A stretch of DNA of 64,000 nucleotides from the NCBI RefSeq assembly GCF_006345805.1, contig NC_043003.1, positions 99,634,001-99,698,000 on the forward strand. The letters run 5' to 3'. The DNA comes from Octopus sinensis. Its lineage: Eukaryota. Below are positions 12,800-26,045 of the stretch, piece after piece. The notes under the pieces were generated by a model. The model made no database searches. It was not told the DNA's origin and saw only the letters and a program-made list of their open reading frames with translations. Both the position numbers and the translations under genes were made by a program. Numbering within the stretch: the first letter of the stretch is position 1; each line of letters opens with the position of its first letter.

Positions 12800-13198
12800 G
12801 ATACACATATATGGATGGAAGCACTCCGTCGGTTTCGACGACGAGGGTTCCGGTTGATCCGAATCAACGGAACAGCCTGCTCGTGAAATTAACGTGTAAG
12901 TGGCTGAGCACTCCACACACACGTGTACCCTTAACGTAGTTCTCGGGGATATTCAGCGTGACACAGAGAGTGACAAGGCCGGCCCTTTGAAATACAGGTA
13001 CAACAGAAACAGGAAGTAAGAGTGAGAGAAAGTTGTGGTGAAAGAGTACAGCAGGGATCACCACCATCCCCTGCCGGAGCCTCGTGGAGCTTTTAGGTGT
13101 TTTCGCTCAATAAACACTCACAACGCCCGGTCTGGGAATCGAAACCGCGATCCTATGACCGCGAGTCCGCTGCCCTAACCACTGGGCCATTGCGCCTC
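12800..13198 (-). mobile_element. SINE family S3, alternative 3' tail
   Basis: Same head as 835-1132; tail matches 62320-62480. Confidence 0.85.
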
Positions 13199-13231
13199 AC
13201 ACATATATATATACAGATAAGGAAATAATTA

Positions 13232-13390
13232 TTCCTGTTCCTGCTGTTTTCATCTACCAAATACACTCACAAGACTTTGGTCGGCCCGAGGTTATAGTAG
13301 AAGACACTCGCCCAATGTGTCACGCAGTGGGACTGAACCCGGAACCATGTAGTCGGGAAGGGAGATTATCACACAGCCACGCCTGCGCCT
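13232..13390 (-). mobile_element. SINE family S2, head half
   Basis: Reverse complement of GCGCAGGCGTGGCTGTGT...GGTTCAGTCCC...GACCAAAGTCTTGTGAG. Confidence 0.8.
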
Positions 13391-13547
13391 AAATAAATAT
13401 ATACAGAGAGAGAGGGAGAGAGAGAGAAGGAGATCCACGTGTCGAATTCTGTACCTGCAATTATAGAAACAAGTGATATGTATACATGTGGGTTCACATA
13501 CACTCGCATATACGCATATACGCGCGCGCACACACATACACAGGTAT

Positions 13548-13582
<35 letters not shown>

Positions 13583-13870
13583 ATGAAGTATTTTCTTTCA
13601 GCAGTATAATGGCTGATGTGCTAGAATTTATGTTTATATTTCAATGGAGTAACATGAGTGGTTTAAAGTAAACGCAATTCGCCATTGTAACCTGTTACTT
13701 TGAAGGCGAGGCTAATTGTTCCCTCAAGTTGGAATTTGAAACTAAACCAGTAATTGGTGTGGCTTCCTTCTTCTCTATCAAACAAATATCCACACCGCCG
13801 CCGCCACCATCGCAGTTACCTCATCTTTACCTTTACTGCATTCGTCATTCATCTACGATATATTGTTAAT

Positions 13871-14108
13871 GTGATGAGCTGGCAGAACGGTTAGCACACC
13901 GGGCGAAATGCGTAGCTGTATTTTGTCTGCCGTTACGTTCTGAGTTTAAATTCCGCCGAGGTCGACTTTGCCTTTCATCCTTTCGGGGTCGATTAAATAA
14001 GTACCAGTTACGCACTGGGGTCGATATAATCGACTTAATCCGTTTGTCTGACCTTGTTTGTCCTCTCTGTGTTTAGCCCCTTGTGGGTAGTAAAGAAATA
14101 GGTATTTT
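13871..14108 (+). mobile_element. SINE family S1
   Basis: Matches 2413-2650 and 63515-63735. Confidence 0.85.
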
Positions 14109-14297
14109 TCAGGGTCTTTGCTTTCTGGATTTAAACACTGCTGAAGTCATATTTACCTTTAATCTTTTCGTGATCGACAAAATAAAGTACCAGTCAAGTA
14201 CTGTGTATACACACTCACATATCTATAAATATATACGTGAACATATATAAATATATGTATATAAAAATATTCACACACCCACACACGTGTGTATGTA

Positions 14298-14333
<36 letters not shown>

Positions 14334-14709
14334 CACACTCACATATTTATACATATATACGCGCACATAAACATACACTTATTTAGATATAAAGCAATGA
14401 TGTGATGATATGTGTATATATGTGTGTGTGTGTGTGTGTTGTGTATGAAACGCGGGGTAGATAAAACAGGGGACAGCTGATGAAAGGATTGTTCTTTATG
14501 TTGCCTGTCTCGTTTCTCTGTTTGTTTCTTTCTTTTTCCGAATAAAAGATCGTTTTCCATGTTTTTGTTTTTTATGTTCCCGTTTCTCATTTTGTTCACA
14601 TTTTTTATGTCTTGTACCCATATATGCATGTATATATACATATATATGTAGGTATGTACATATATGTATGTATATATGCATATGTATTCATATATATTAT
14701 TTTTTATTA

Positions 14710-14747
<38 letters not shown>

Positions 14748-14807
14748 ATAAATATATAATAATAATAATAATATAATAATAATAATAATAATATAATAAT
14801 AATAATA

Positions 14808-14853
<46 letters not shown>

Positions 14854-14857
<4 letters not shown>

Positions 14858-16189
14858 CTGAAAATCTGACATAGAAAGACTATATATACACACGTATAGA
14901 AGGTGGTAGAGGCCTTATAAATACAGCTGGAAAACTACTATAAATAACCACCATAGGACTGGCAAAATATATCTACTTCAGAAGGAAGGAAAACTGATCC
15001 AGATAGCGGCAAAACACGAGCAAAACAAAAAATTGTTCTCAGTATTTAAGGAAGCTGACAAATACAAACAAGAAATCATACTCACCACCTAATAAACATG
15101 AAGAAGAAGAAGAAGAAGAAGAAGAGAAGAAGAAGAAGAAGAATAAGAAGAAGAAGAAGAAGAGAAGAAGAAGAAGAAGAAGAAGAAGAAGAAGAAGAAG
15201 AAGAAGAAGAAGAAGAAGAAGAAGAAGAAAAGAAGAAGAAGAAGAAGAAGAAGAAGAAACGAACAAAAGCTATAAAACAAATGAAATCCAAACTAAAAAT
15301 AGAACAGCAAAACGACCACATGATAAAACGATGGCAAGAAAAGCCCCTTCATGGTAAATACTGGACTAAACTAAACGCAAAAGAAATAGACAAAGAAAAA
15401 TCCCAGCAATGGTTGAGAAGCTCAGGACTCAACGCAGAAACAGAGGGATTTTTAATTGCAGCACAAGACCAAAGCCTCCCCACCAGAAATTACCAAAAAC
15501 ATGTAATGAAAAGAAATATTACAAGTAATGCAGAATATGTGGAGATGGACAAGAAACAATAAATCATATTATCTCTAGCTGCCCAGTCCTGGCTAAGAAG
15601 GAATATATTCCAGACATGACAGAGTTGGAACCTACATACATTGGAAGCTATGCCGACATTATGGAATAACACAGAAAAAAGATGGTATAGGCACACACCA
15701 GAAAAGGTCACAGAAAACGAGAAAGCAACCATACTCTGGGATATGCCGATACACACAGATAGAGAAATTAAGGCCAACAGACCAGATATAGTTGTCAGAG
15801 ATCGTGAAGAAAAAAATGCTTTCTAATTGATGTATCAATACCGGCAGATGACAACGTGTCTCTAAAAGAAATGGAGAAACTCTCAAAATACAAAGACCTG
15901 GAAATAGAGGTAACTAGAATGTGGAATCTGAAAACAGAAACATTTCCTATCACAGTAGGTGCATTAGGCATGATAAAAAAATATTCAGACAAATACATAA
16001 CAAAAACACCAGGACTTACAAACACATATAACATACAGAAAATTGCACTACTAGGCACTGCACACATCCTACGCAGAACACTTTCCATACAATAACCATC
16101 AGAGCATCACAACAAATCACAGCACATACCCAAGGCACACAGAGCTGCGCTCGGTAGTGAAATGAAAGCACGCTATAAAAATAAAACTA

Positions 16190-16192
<3 letters not shown>
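14854..16192 (+). mobile_element. 5'-truncated R4/Dong-clade non-LTR retrotransposon inserted in (TAA)n
   Basis: Post-RT LY..R.EGGRGL motif near 14885-14915; ETEGFLIAAQDQSLPTRNY; C..C...ET..H...C knuckle; ANRPDIVV...IDVSIP...K..KY RLE; stop at 16093-16095; (AAT)n on both sides (14745-14853, 16193-16270); internal (GAA)n 15100-15258. Confidence 0.88.
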
Positions 16193-16259
<67 letters not shown>

Positions 16260-17488
16260 TAATAATAATAAGGGTAAAATTAATTAATTAATAATTAATA
16301 ATTCCAAGTAGTGATTCGGTATGTAAAAGAGTTGTTTCTTACAGTAGAAGAAATAGCTAGTTTTTTTTTTTTTTTGGGGGGGGGGGGCTGCTATTTCTAA
16401 AGTTCGGTGTGCGGTGAAGTAAATTATTTTGCCTAACCCTTATTATAATATATATATACATATAAATGTATGTATGTATGCATGTATATATGTATGCATG
16501 TATGCATGCATAATGTATGTATGTATGTATGTATGTATGTATGTATGTATGTATGTATGTATGTATGTATGTATAAATATATGTAAACAAATATCTACAC
16601 ACTTATACTATATGCACTCACATTTGCATATGAGCATATACATATATTAGATGGAAAAATGCGAGCATGAAAAGTCATATTCTTCAGATTATAAACTTGG
16701 AAAAGTACAGGACAAGTTATTACACCTGTAAAAGTATAGGACAAGCTATTACTTGTAGTAATGTAAAGAATAAGAAACTTTTTACTTAAAGAATGCCAGT
16801 TCTTCTAATTTATCACTCTTTACAGTATTCATCTTCTAAATTTATTGTACAAAAAAGTTCAGCTAATATGTAAGTTTTTCTAATTAGTCACTTTTTTCTG
16901 TATTTAAGGTAGTAAATTAGCCAAATTCTACTTAAATAAGTACAGTGTTATTTGTAAACTATAATAAAATAATTTTTAATATTCAAAATGTAATTTTAGC
17001 TGCAATATTTTAAGTAAAAAATTTCTTGTTCTTTACTTTACTGAAGGATTAAAATTAGTCAATAAAAGAATAAAAGAATATATTTATATATTATTTTATT
17101 CTTTTATTTGTTTCAGTCATTTTACTGCGACCATACTGGAGCACCGCCTTTAGTCGAACAAATTGACCCCAGGACTTATTCTTTCTAAGCCTAGTATACA
17201 TACATACATACATACATACATACATACATCATACATACATATGCGCGCGCGTGTGTGTGTGTGGGTGTGTGTGTATGTGTGTATGTGTATGTATATATAT
17301 ATATATTAATGTTTGCTTTTATCTTCAGTTATAATTAAAAGCAAATCTTACATTAATATAATAGGTTACTCCAAACTTTTGTAGAGTACAAATTCATTAT
17401 TCTTATACAAGAATGGTGTTGACAGTGACTTTGAAGTCTCGCCCAGCTAAGTCATCGTGGCTAATGTACATACATATGTATGTAAGTT

Positions 17489-17520
<32 letters not shown>

Positions 17521-17951
17521 TGTATGTATGTATGTATGTATGTATGTATGTATGTATGTATTCTAATTTATAAACGATTGTTGTTATTATCTATTTCTTT
17601 GTCTGCACTGACAGAACTGACGATTCTAACGGCGTTCCAGTCATTTCCTTCCCGCCTATTATAGACAGTACATTCTGCAATGTGCACACCAACTGCGTAG
17701 GCGATACCTTATTTCTCGAAGTATTAATAGGTACTATGGTAAGGCACATTCCACCTAAATGTTATTAAATATAAAGCGGGTGGCATAATTCACTGTTGTA
17801 AACACGAAGAGTTTTATGGCATTGGTCCGTGGTGACTTTTGCTGAATGTAAATGTTTTTTTCAAGGAAAAGCTACTTAAGCGAAACCATCGTCTTAAGTA
17901 GAAACGGGGATTCATTTTCCTGGTGCTTAACATTTTAGGAAATTGAGTTAA

Positions 17952-19982
17952 GCAGCAGTAGCAATGGCAGCAGTAGCAATGGCAGCAGTAGCAATGGCAG
18001 CGTAGCAATGGCAGCGTAGCAATGGCAGCAGTAGCAATGGCAGTAGTAGCAATGGCAGCGTAGCAATGGCAGTAGTAGCAATGGCAGCGTAGCAATGGCA
18101 GCAGTAGCAATGGCAGTAGTAGCAATGGCAGCAGTAGCAATGGCAGCGTAGCAATGGCAGCAGTAGCAATGGCAGTAGTAGCAATGGCAGCAGTAGCAAT
18201 GGCAGTAGTAGCAATGGCAGCAGTAGCAATGGCAGTAGTAGCAATGGCAGCAGTAGCAATGGCAGTAGTAGCAATGGCAGTAGTAGCAATGGCAGCGTAG
18301 CAATGGCAGTAGTAGCAATGGCAGCGTAGCAATGGCAGCAGTAGCAATGGCAGTAGTAGCAATGGCAGCAGTAGCAATGGCAGTAGTAGCAATGGCAGCA
18401 GTAGCAATGGCAGTAGTAGCAATGGCAGCAGTAGCAATGGCAGTAGTAGCAATGGCAGTAGTAGCAATGGCAGCGTAGCAATGGCAGCAGTAGCAATGGC
18501 AGTAGTAGCAATGGCAGCGTAGCAATGGCAGCAGTAGCAATGGCAGTAGTAGCAATGGCAGCAGTAGCAATGGCAGCGTAGCAATGGCAGTAGTAGCAAT
18601 GGCAGCGTAGCAATGGCAGCAGTAGCAATGGCAGTAGTAGCAATGGCAGCGTAGCAATGGCAGCAGTAGCAATGGCAGTAGTAGCAATGGCAGCAGTAGC
18701 AATGGCAGCGTAGCAATGGCAGTAGTAGCAATGGCAGTAGTAGCAATGGCAGCGTAGCAATGGCAGTAGTAGCAATGGCAGCGTAGCAATGGCAGCGTAG
18801 CAATGGCAGTAGTAGCAATGGCAGTAGTAGCAATGGCAGCGTAGCAATGGCAGCAGTAGCAATGGCAGCGTAGCAATGGCAGTAGTAGCAATGGCAGCAG
18901 TAGCAATGGCAGCGTAGCAATGGCAGCAGTAGCAATGGCAGCAGTAGCAATGGCAGTAGTAGCAATGGCAGCAGTAGCAATGGCAGCGTAGCAATGGCAG
19001 TAGTAGCAATGGCAGTAGTAGCAATGGCAGCAATGGCAGCGTAGCAATGGCAGTAGTAGCAATGGCAGTAGTAGCAATGGCAGCGTAGCAATGGCAGCAG
19101 TAGCAATGGCAGCGTAGCAATGGCAGTAGTAGCAATGGCAGCAGTAGCAATGGCAGCGTAGCAATGGCAGCAGTAGCAATGGCAGCAGTAGCAATGGCAG
19201 TAGTAGCAATGGCAGCAGTAGCAATGGCAGCGTAGCAATGGCAGTAGTAGCAATGGCAGTAGTAGCAATGGCAGCGTAGCAATGGCAGCAGTAGCAATGG
19301 CAGTAGTAGCAATGGCAGCGTAGCAATGGCAGCAGTAGCAATGGCAGTAGTAGCAATGGCAGCAGTAGCAATGGCAGCGTAGCAATGGCAGTAGTAGCAA
19401 TGGCAGCGTAGCAATGGCAGCAGTAGCAATGGCAGTAGTAGCAATGGCAGCAGTAGCAATGGCAGCGTAGCAATGGCAGCAGTAGCAATGGCAGTAGTAG
19501 CAATGGCAGCAGTAGCAATGGCAGCAGTAGCAATGGCAGCGTAGCAATGGCAGCAGTAGCAATGGCAGTAGTAGCAATGGCAGTAGTAGCAATGGCAGCA
19601 GTAGCAATGGCAGCGTAGCAATGGCAGCAGTAGCAATGGCAGTAGTAGCAATGGCAGTAGTAGCAATGGCAGTAGTAGCAATGGCAGCAGTAGCAATGGC
19701 AGTAGTAGCAATGGCAGCGTAGCAATGGCAGCAGTAGCAATGGCAGTAGTAGCAATGGCAGTAGTAGCAATGGCAGTAGTAGCAATGGCAGCAGTAGCAA
19801 TGGCAGTAGTAGCAATGGCAGTAGTAGCAATGGCAGCAGTAGCAATGGCAGTAGTAGCAATGGCAGCAGTAGCAATGGCAGCGTAGCAATGGCAGCAGTA
19901 GCAATGGCAGTAGTAGCAATGGCAGTAGTAGCAATGGCAGTAGTAGCAATGGCAGCGTAGCAATGGCAGCAGTAGCAGCAGC
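17952..19982. repeat. ~2-kb minisatellite of three variant units
   Basis: A=GCAGCAGTAGCAATG, B=GCAGTAGTAGCAATG, C=GCAGCGTAGCAATG (14 nt); roughly 135-140 units. Confidence 0.97.
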
Positions 19983-21037
19983 CTGTGGGAGTTTAGGGTT
20001 TATTGAAACTACCTCACAAAACTTGCCAATGACATAAATATGGCAATCACCCGTAGACCAATAAATAAGTTTCTAACACGCTGAACAGCGATGCGATTTC
20101 AACATTCGATCAAAGCATCATGACGATAAAATCTTTAATCATGGGTACATTATATCAGAGTTATCCTTTGGCTAAACAACAACCACAGCAGCAGCAACAT
20201 TCCTGGAAATAATACTTTCTTTAGTGTTGACTTCATGTCCCCAGCGGTGTGTTGACGTTTGTGTTATTAGTGTAGCCTAAACTAGTTCGACACCTCAACG
20301 ATTTGTGATCGAATCCAGTAGACACTTTTGATTTTTAGTTCTCAATTTTCCATAAGAACAAGTACCAGTGATGTCTAGTTCCAGGTTAGGCTCCACTGAG
20401 CTAATCTATGATCAAAGGTATTCCAGTCATGACCATTCTGTCATTTTAGCCGTATGTGTAATAAGGACTACATTTTCTAACGGCGTTCTAGCTGTGGCTC
20501 TTTCGCCTTTTTTTTATATGCATGGAAATCTGGACTATATAAACAAACAACTTTCAGGGTGTGACTCTCCCGTCTTTTTCTTATATACAAGGAACCAACA
20601 AAAGAAACCCACGACCACATTTTCCAACGTGTCTTACCTAAAGGAGTGGGAAGGGGTTTGAGAAAGATCCAACTTTTATTTCTAGTTGAATCCATCAAAA
20701 AGAATAGAAATAAAGAAGACGAAAGAAGGAGAAATGAAATAGAAGAAAAAGAAGTAAGAAGAATGGGGAAGAAGGTAAGAAAGAAAGAATTATCAGTGTT
20801 ACGTTAATTACAATTATACGCATCGATGTGAGCATGCGCGAAAACTGATGTAGTGAAGACAACGAAAGAAATGGAAATCAACAACAGCGACAACAACAAC
20901 AACAACAGAAAAGACGAAAGCGAAACTACGTAAACATGGTACAATTAAAGTGTAAATAATATTGATTTCTTAAGGATAAGGACACACCATAATGTGAAAA
21001 TAATGTCAACTAAAGGATGGTGGGATCACAACCGCAA

Positions 21038-21039
<2 letters not shown>

Positions 21040-21103
<64 letters not shown>

Positions 21104-21660
21104 AGTAGTAGTAGCAGTAGTAGTATTAGTAGTAGTAGTAGTAGTAGTAGTAGTAGGAGGAGGAGGAGGAGGAGGAGGAGGAGGAGGAAGAGGAGGAGGG
21201 TTGTAGTAATTGTCGTAGAGGAGGAAGAAAAGAAGGAGGAGGAATGGGAGTAGGAATAGGTGAGGTGGAGGTAGTGGTCATGGGGGTGCTGGTAATGACG
21301 CTGGTGCTAGTGCTGGTACTGGGGTGGAGATGATGTTACTGGAAGAGGAAGAATTTCGATTGAAGACTTTATTACGTGAACAAATGTTCCGGAACCCTGC
21401 CACCGCCACCACCGCCACCACCGCCACCACCGCCACCACCACCACCAACAACAACAACCTGAACTATCGTAATCATTATTATTTTACCATAATCAGCACC
21501 ACTATCATCACAAAAGAAGCACCAACCACGACAACAACCACGTCTGCCACCATCATTATCACACCTACTATTCATATCCTTACAAATATCCCCACCACAG
21601 CCACAAATACCATCACCACCACCACCACCACTGCTACCACTACTATTACCTCAGCCTCAA
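21040..21660. repeat. Compound trinucleotide microsatellites (AGC/AGT/AGG, ACC/AAC)
   Basis: Directly visible. Confidence 0.9.
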
Positions 21661-22151
21661 TTAGCAAAAATATATGGCTGCCATTTCAGATGAAGTGATT
21701 AATATCGATTACGGTGAAGTAGGCAGAGGTCAACTGTTCATTGGAATACGAATATATTGCATAATTAAGTTATCGTTAACATAGTTAACGTTGGGAACTT
21801 CCAAAAAATAACTGAAAATAATTGTGGTGAGGAAGAAATAGTATTAATCAATGACTCATTCTATGATACATTTATTATAGTAAGTAAAGAGGACACTTTT
21901 GGTTATATTATGATCTCATCAGCAAAATATAATATTCACCTTTTATTTTTGACTAGATTTGGAAGCACTTTATTTTGACTTGGCACAAAAGCCCTTTCTT
22001 TTTCATTATGCGCGAACGCATACGCGCCCGCGCGCGCACACACACACACATATTTTTATGCATATATCTGTATATGTGATCTATGTATATGTATGCATAT
22101 GTATGTATATGCATATCATGTGTATTAGTATATATGTATATATATATATAT

Positions 22152-22248
<97 letters not shown>

Positions 22249-22391
22249 TGTATTTTTACCTTGTTAACAATTAACACGAAAAAATAAATAAATAGTTACC
22301 AGGGTAGCAAAAAATCTCACAAGTAAAGAGGTTGTAACTCATTGTTTATAAAGGTAGAAACTTCGGGTTTACGTGGAATTTTTTGTATAAT

Positions 22392-22446
22392 ATATGAATA
22401 AATAAATGGAGTTTAACGCAGGTAAACTCCATTTATTTATTCATAT
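22392..22446. repeat. Perfect 24-bp-arm hairpin
   Basis: ATATGAATAAATAAATGGAGTTTA - ACGCAGG - TAAACTCCATTTATTTATTCATAT. Confidence 0.9.
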
Positions 22447-23484
22447 GTATGTATGTATGTATGTATGTATATGTATGGTATGTACTCATGTACTAGGTAC
22501 ATATGATATATGTGTATATATATACATATAAATCATCTTGCCCCCTCCCCTCTCACTCCTTTCATGCTACTTACACCTGCTGATTTCTATCAGTCTTTTC
22601 TATCGTTCGCTTTCTTGTAAAATTGTCACTAGCCATACACATTTACTTTTTTATATTTCGATCGAAACTCTTTTTGTAATTTTCTGGTATGCTATTCTCT
22701 GATCGTTTTTGTTTCGTTAATATTATCTATTCATCAGTGTTTATGGTGCCTGGTACCAGTCTTTGTCTCTGTCCTGTGTATTTTCAGTTTTAAAACTTGA
22801 CTTTATTTTGCTTTGTCTTTTACGCTAGCACTTTCCAGACTAGCGTTTCCAAGCTTTTTCACCGCATCGAAATTCTAATGACTCTGGATAAAACGGTGGC
22901 TGAGGAAATATATGTTTATATACATCATTCGTAGATGCTATAAAAAACCTAAGAAGACCAAAAGGACGATTAAAGGGTGAAATGGAAAATTGTGGACAAC
23001 AGGATCAACGGTATTTGAAGCGTGTGCTAAGATCATGAGGGGTAAAATTTCTTAGTTTAAATATCAGGTATTTCTCTGTAGATCTTCACCGATTAAAAGA
23101 ACAACATAGTGGACAGAGATGTGTCCGCGTGAGTTAAATTGACGATATACATTTATTTCCTGTGCGTTAATACAAAGATCTAATAAGTGCACCAGAAACG
23201 TCTCTTCCATATGACGATACGCTTCGCCTAAGTATTTAAGATAGCTTGAGGGAAAAATTAGATAAGGACCAAATGTTTTTGCTAGCCCTCACGGAATGAC
23301 GAGGCCCATGCCATTGACATTTAAACTGAAGAAACTTTGTGAGTGTGAGTTAACGATTAAAGGAAACATTATTTTCAGAGAGACAGCTCCAGAAGTTTGC
23401 ATTATGGTAGTGTAGATGACATGTAGAATGGTTCGGAGCATTTTTAGTTCTGAGAATCAAAATTCGTAGTAATAAAAAGTGACA

Positions 23485-24018
23485 AAGAAAGAAAGAAAGA
23501 AAGAAAGAATGAATGAAAGAAAGAAAGAAAGAAAGAAAGAAAGAATGAAAGAAAAAAAAGAGAGTAAGAAAGAAAGAGAGAAAGAAAGAAAGAAAGAGAG
23601 AGAGTAAGAAAGAAAGAAATAAAGAAAGAAAGAGAGTAAGAAGAAAGAAAGAAAGAAAGGAAAGAAAGAAAGAAAGAAAGAATAGAAAGAGAGTAAGAAA
23701 GAAAGAAAGAAAGAAAAGAGATATAAAGAGAGAAAGAAGAAAGAGAAAGAAGAGAGTAAGAAAGAAAGGAAAGAAAGAAAGAAAGAAAGAAAGCGAGTAA
23801 GAAAGAGAGAAGACAGAAAGAAAGAAAGAAAGAGAGTAAAAAGAAAGAAAAAGAAAGAAAGAAAGAAAGAGGAAGAAAGAAGAAAGAAAGAAAGAAAGAA
23901 AAAAAGAAAGAGAGAATGAAGAAAGAGAGTAGAAAGAGACGAAAGAGAGAAGAGAGTAAAAAAGAAAGAAAGAAAGAAAGAGAGAAAGAGAGTAAGATAG
24001 AAAGAAAGAAAGAAAGAG

Positions 24019-24093
<75 letters not shown>

Positions 24094-24101
24094 GAGTAAG
24101 T

Positions 24102-24141
<40 letters not shown>

Positions 24142-24190
24142 ACGAAAGAAATAAAGAAAGAAGGAAAGAAAGAAAGAGAGAAATGAAATG
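23485..24190. repeat. (GAAA)n / GAGAGTAA homopurine-rich microsatellite
   Basis: About 700 bp almost purely purine on + strand. Confidence 0.95.
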
Positions 24191-24427
24191 AAGAAAAGTT
24201 GTATTACTATTTTCTGATTTCCTTATATTTTTCTGTCTCAGCCTGCTGCTATATCTCTTTCACTCTCTCCCCCACTCTCTCTCCCTCTCTCTTTCTCTCC
24301 TCCTTCTCTCTCTCCTTCTTCTCTCTTTCTACCTCTCTCTTCCTCTGGCACGTACGCCAATATTTAACGAAATTAGGATCCTAGTCATACTCACGTGTCA
24401 CACCCAAACACACACAACACGCACACA

Positions 24428-24465
<38 letters not shown>

Positions 24466-24609
24466 GATAGCACAGACATGTGTGCGCAATGGTTTCATCA
24501 GAAATCGCAAAAACAGAGAGTCATTCTCCCGATCGTCCGTTCTCTCGTTTTTTCTCTGACATGTGCAACAGCATCGCACAGAAATATCTTCTTTAGTCAT
24601 AAGTACACG

Positions 24610-24648
<39 letters not shown>

Positions 24649-25070
24649 CACACACACATTGCATGCATCTGAAATCGTGACCATTGTTGCGTCGTTGTCC
24701 CGAACCGACACTTTTCCTTTTCTGTAATGCACATCAATATTTATCGAAATAAAAGAGCTCTCACTCACACCCATTCATTTTCTTACACAGACGGTCCTCT
24801 TCCAGCTTCGGAAGACTCGAATCATTCTATGACTTCTCTCCTCCTCTTCCTCCTCCTCTTCCTCCTCCTCTTCCTCCTCCTCCTCCTCCTCCTCATCATC
24901 ATCATCATCATCATTATCACTATCATCATCGTTATCGTCGCCATTATCTTCTTCTTCTTCCTCCTCCTCCTATTTTATGTATTTCATATTCAGATTTTAC
25001 ATGTATATATAAATACGCACACGCACACACACACACACAAATTTACATACTATATATATATATATATATA

Positions 25071-25109
<39 letters not shown>

Positions 25110-25129
25110 ATATATATTATATACATATA

Positions 25130-25345
25130 AAGTTAATCCAAACATGAAAACACAAAGAGAAGACACAACAACGCGAGGACGTGGAACAAATATAGTATTA
25201 TTGGACGCTCAGGAAAGAAGGAAGAAGGAGGGTCTAACGTTTCGAGCGGAGCTCTTCGTCGGAAACATAGGAAAAGGAAAGGTCCAGAGAAGGGAAGACA
25301 GGGGAAAAAAAATCGCCAACGGTACAGACGCGGTCACATTTTGAA
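25130..25345 (-). mobile_element. PLE-pLTR-like short element with minimal hammerhead (family HB)
   Basis: Minus strand CCGACGA (25256-25262), A, stem II GAGC-TCC-GCTC, GAAACGTT (25236-25243), stem I TTTG/AGAC-type; (TA)n both sides; relatives at 35938-36057 and 48745-48960. Confidence 0.7.
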
Positions 25346-25351
25346 TGAAAC

Positions 25352-25388
<37 letters not shown>

Positions 25389-25414
25389 CAAACACACACA
25401 CATATATGTATACA

Positions 25415-25463
<49 letters not shown>

Positions 25464-25544
25464 CTTCTCGACCTCTAGCTCCATCCACCTACACCTAACC
25501 CTACATATATATATTTATATTTATAAATATATATATACATGCAT

Positions 25545-25599
<55 letters not shown>

Positions 25600-25838
25600 A
25601 ACACACACACACGCACACACGCACACACATATATATATATAATTGAAAAAGATTAGAGGGCTATACATTTATATGTTTCGGTTTTTGAAAAACTTTATCA
25701 AAAATATGTACGAAAATGGAATATGTAGAGAGAAGAGAGCTATTAATAAAATTAAATTAAAATTAAGATTAATATTCATAGTTTACTTTCCTTTTTTCCT
25801 GCAAGAGCACATGGTCATTTCTGTTAGTTTTGGTGGCA

Positions 25839-26045
25839 TGTTAAATTGAACTGTCTGTGACCACAACTTACTACTATCTGTGTTTGTAAATTAAATAGTG
25901 TGGTTGTAATGTATAACCAGTAAATCCTGGTTCAAAGAAACTAATTTTTATTCATAGTCCTGTACTTTATTCCGAATGACCGTTCTCTCTCTTCCTCTTC
26001 CTGTAAAATGCGCATGCTCTTCATATCAATGTTATTTGCATAACA
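25839..26045 (-). mobile_element. 3' LTR of Ty3/Gypsy element
   Basis: TGTTA...TAACA termini (207 bp); polypurine tract AGGAGGGGTGAA at 26046-26057 immediately upstream on minus strand; AATAAA inside. Confidence 0.7.

Noticed and set aside
15098-15260. Poly-K/R/E N-terminus of the 154-aa ORF
   Set aside because: (GAA)n expansion inside a dead LINE.
17872-17901. 9-bp hairpin enclosing CGAAACCATCGT as a hammerhead
   Set aside because: No CUGANGA element nearby.
17814-19963. Three overlapping 646-711 aa ORFs as genes
   Set aside because: They are translations of the minisatellite, whose minus strand lacks stop triplets; there is no non-repetitive coding context.
17952-19982. CRISPR-like array
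   Set aside because: Units are contiguous with no unique spacers, the context is eukaryotic, and there are no cas genes.
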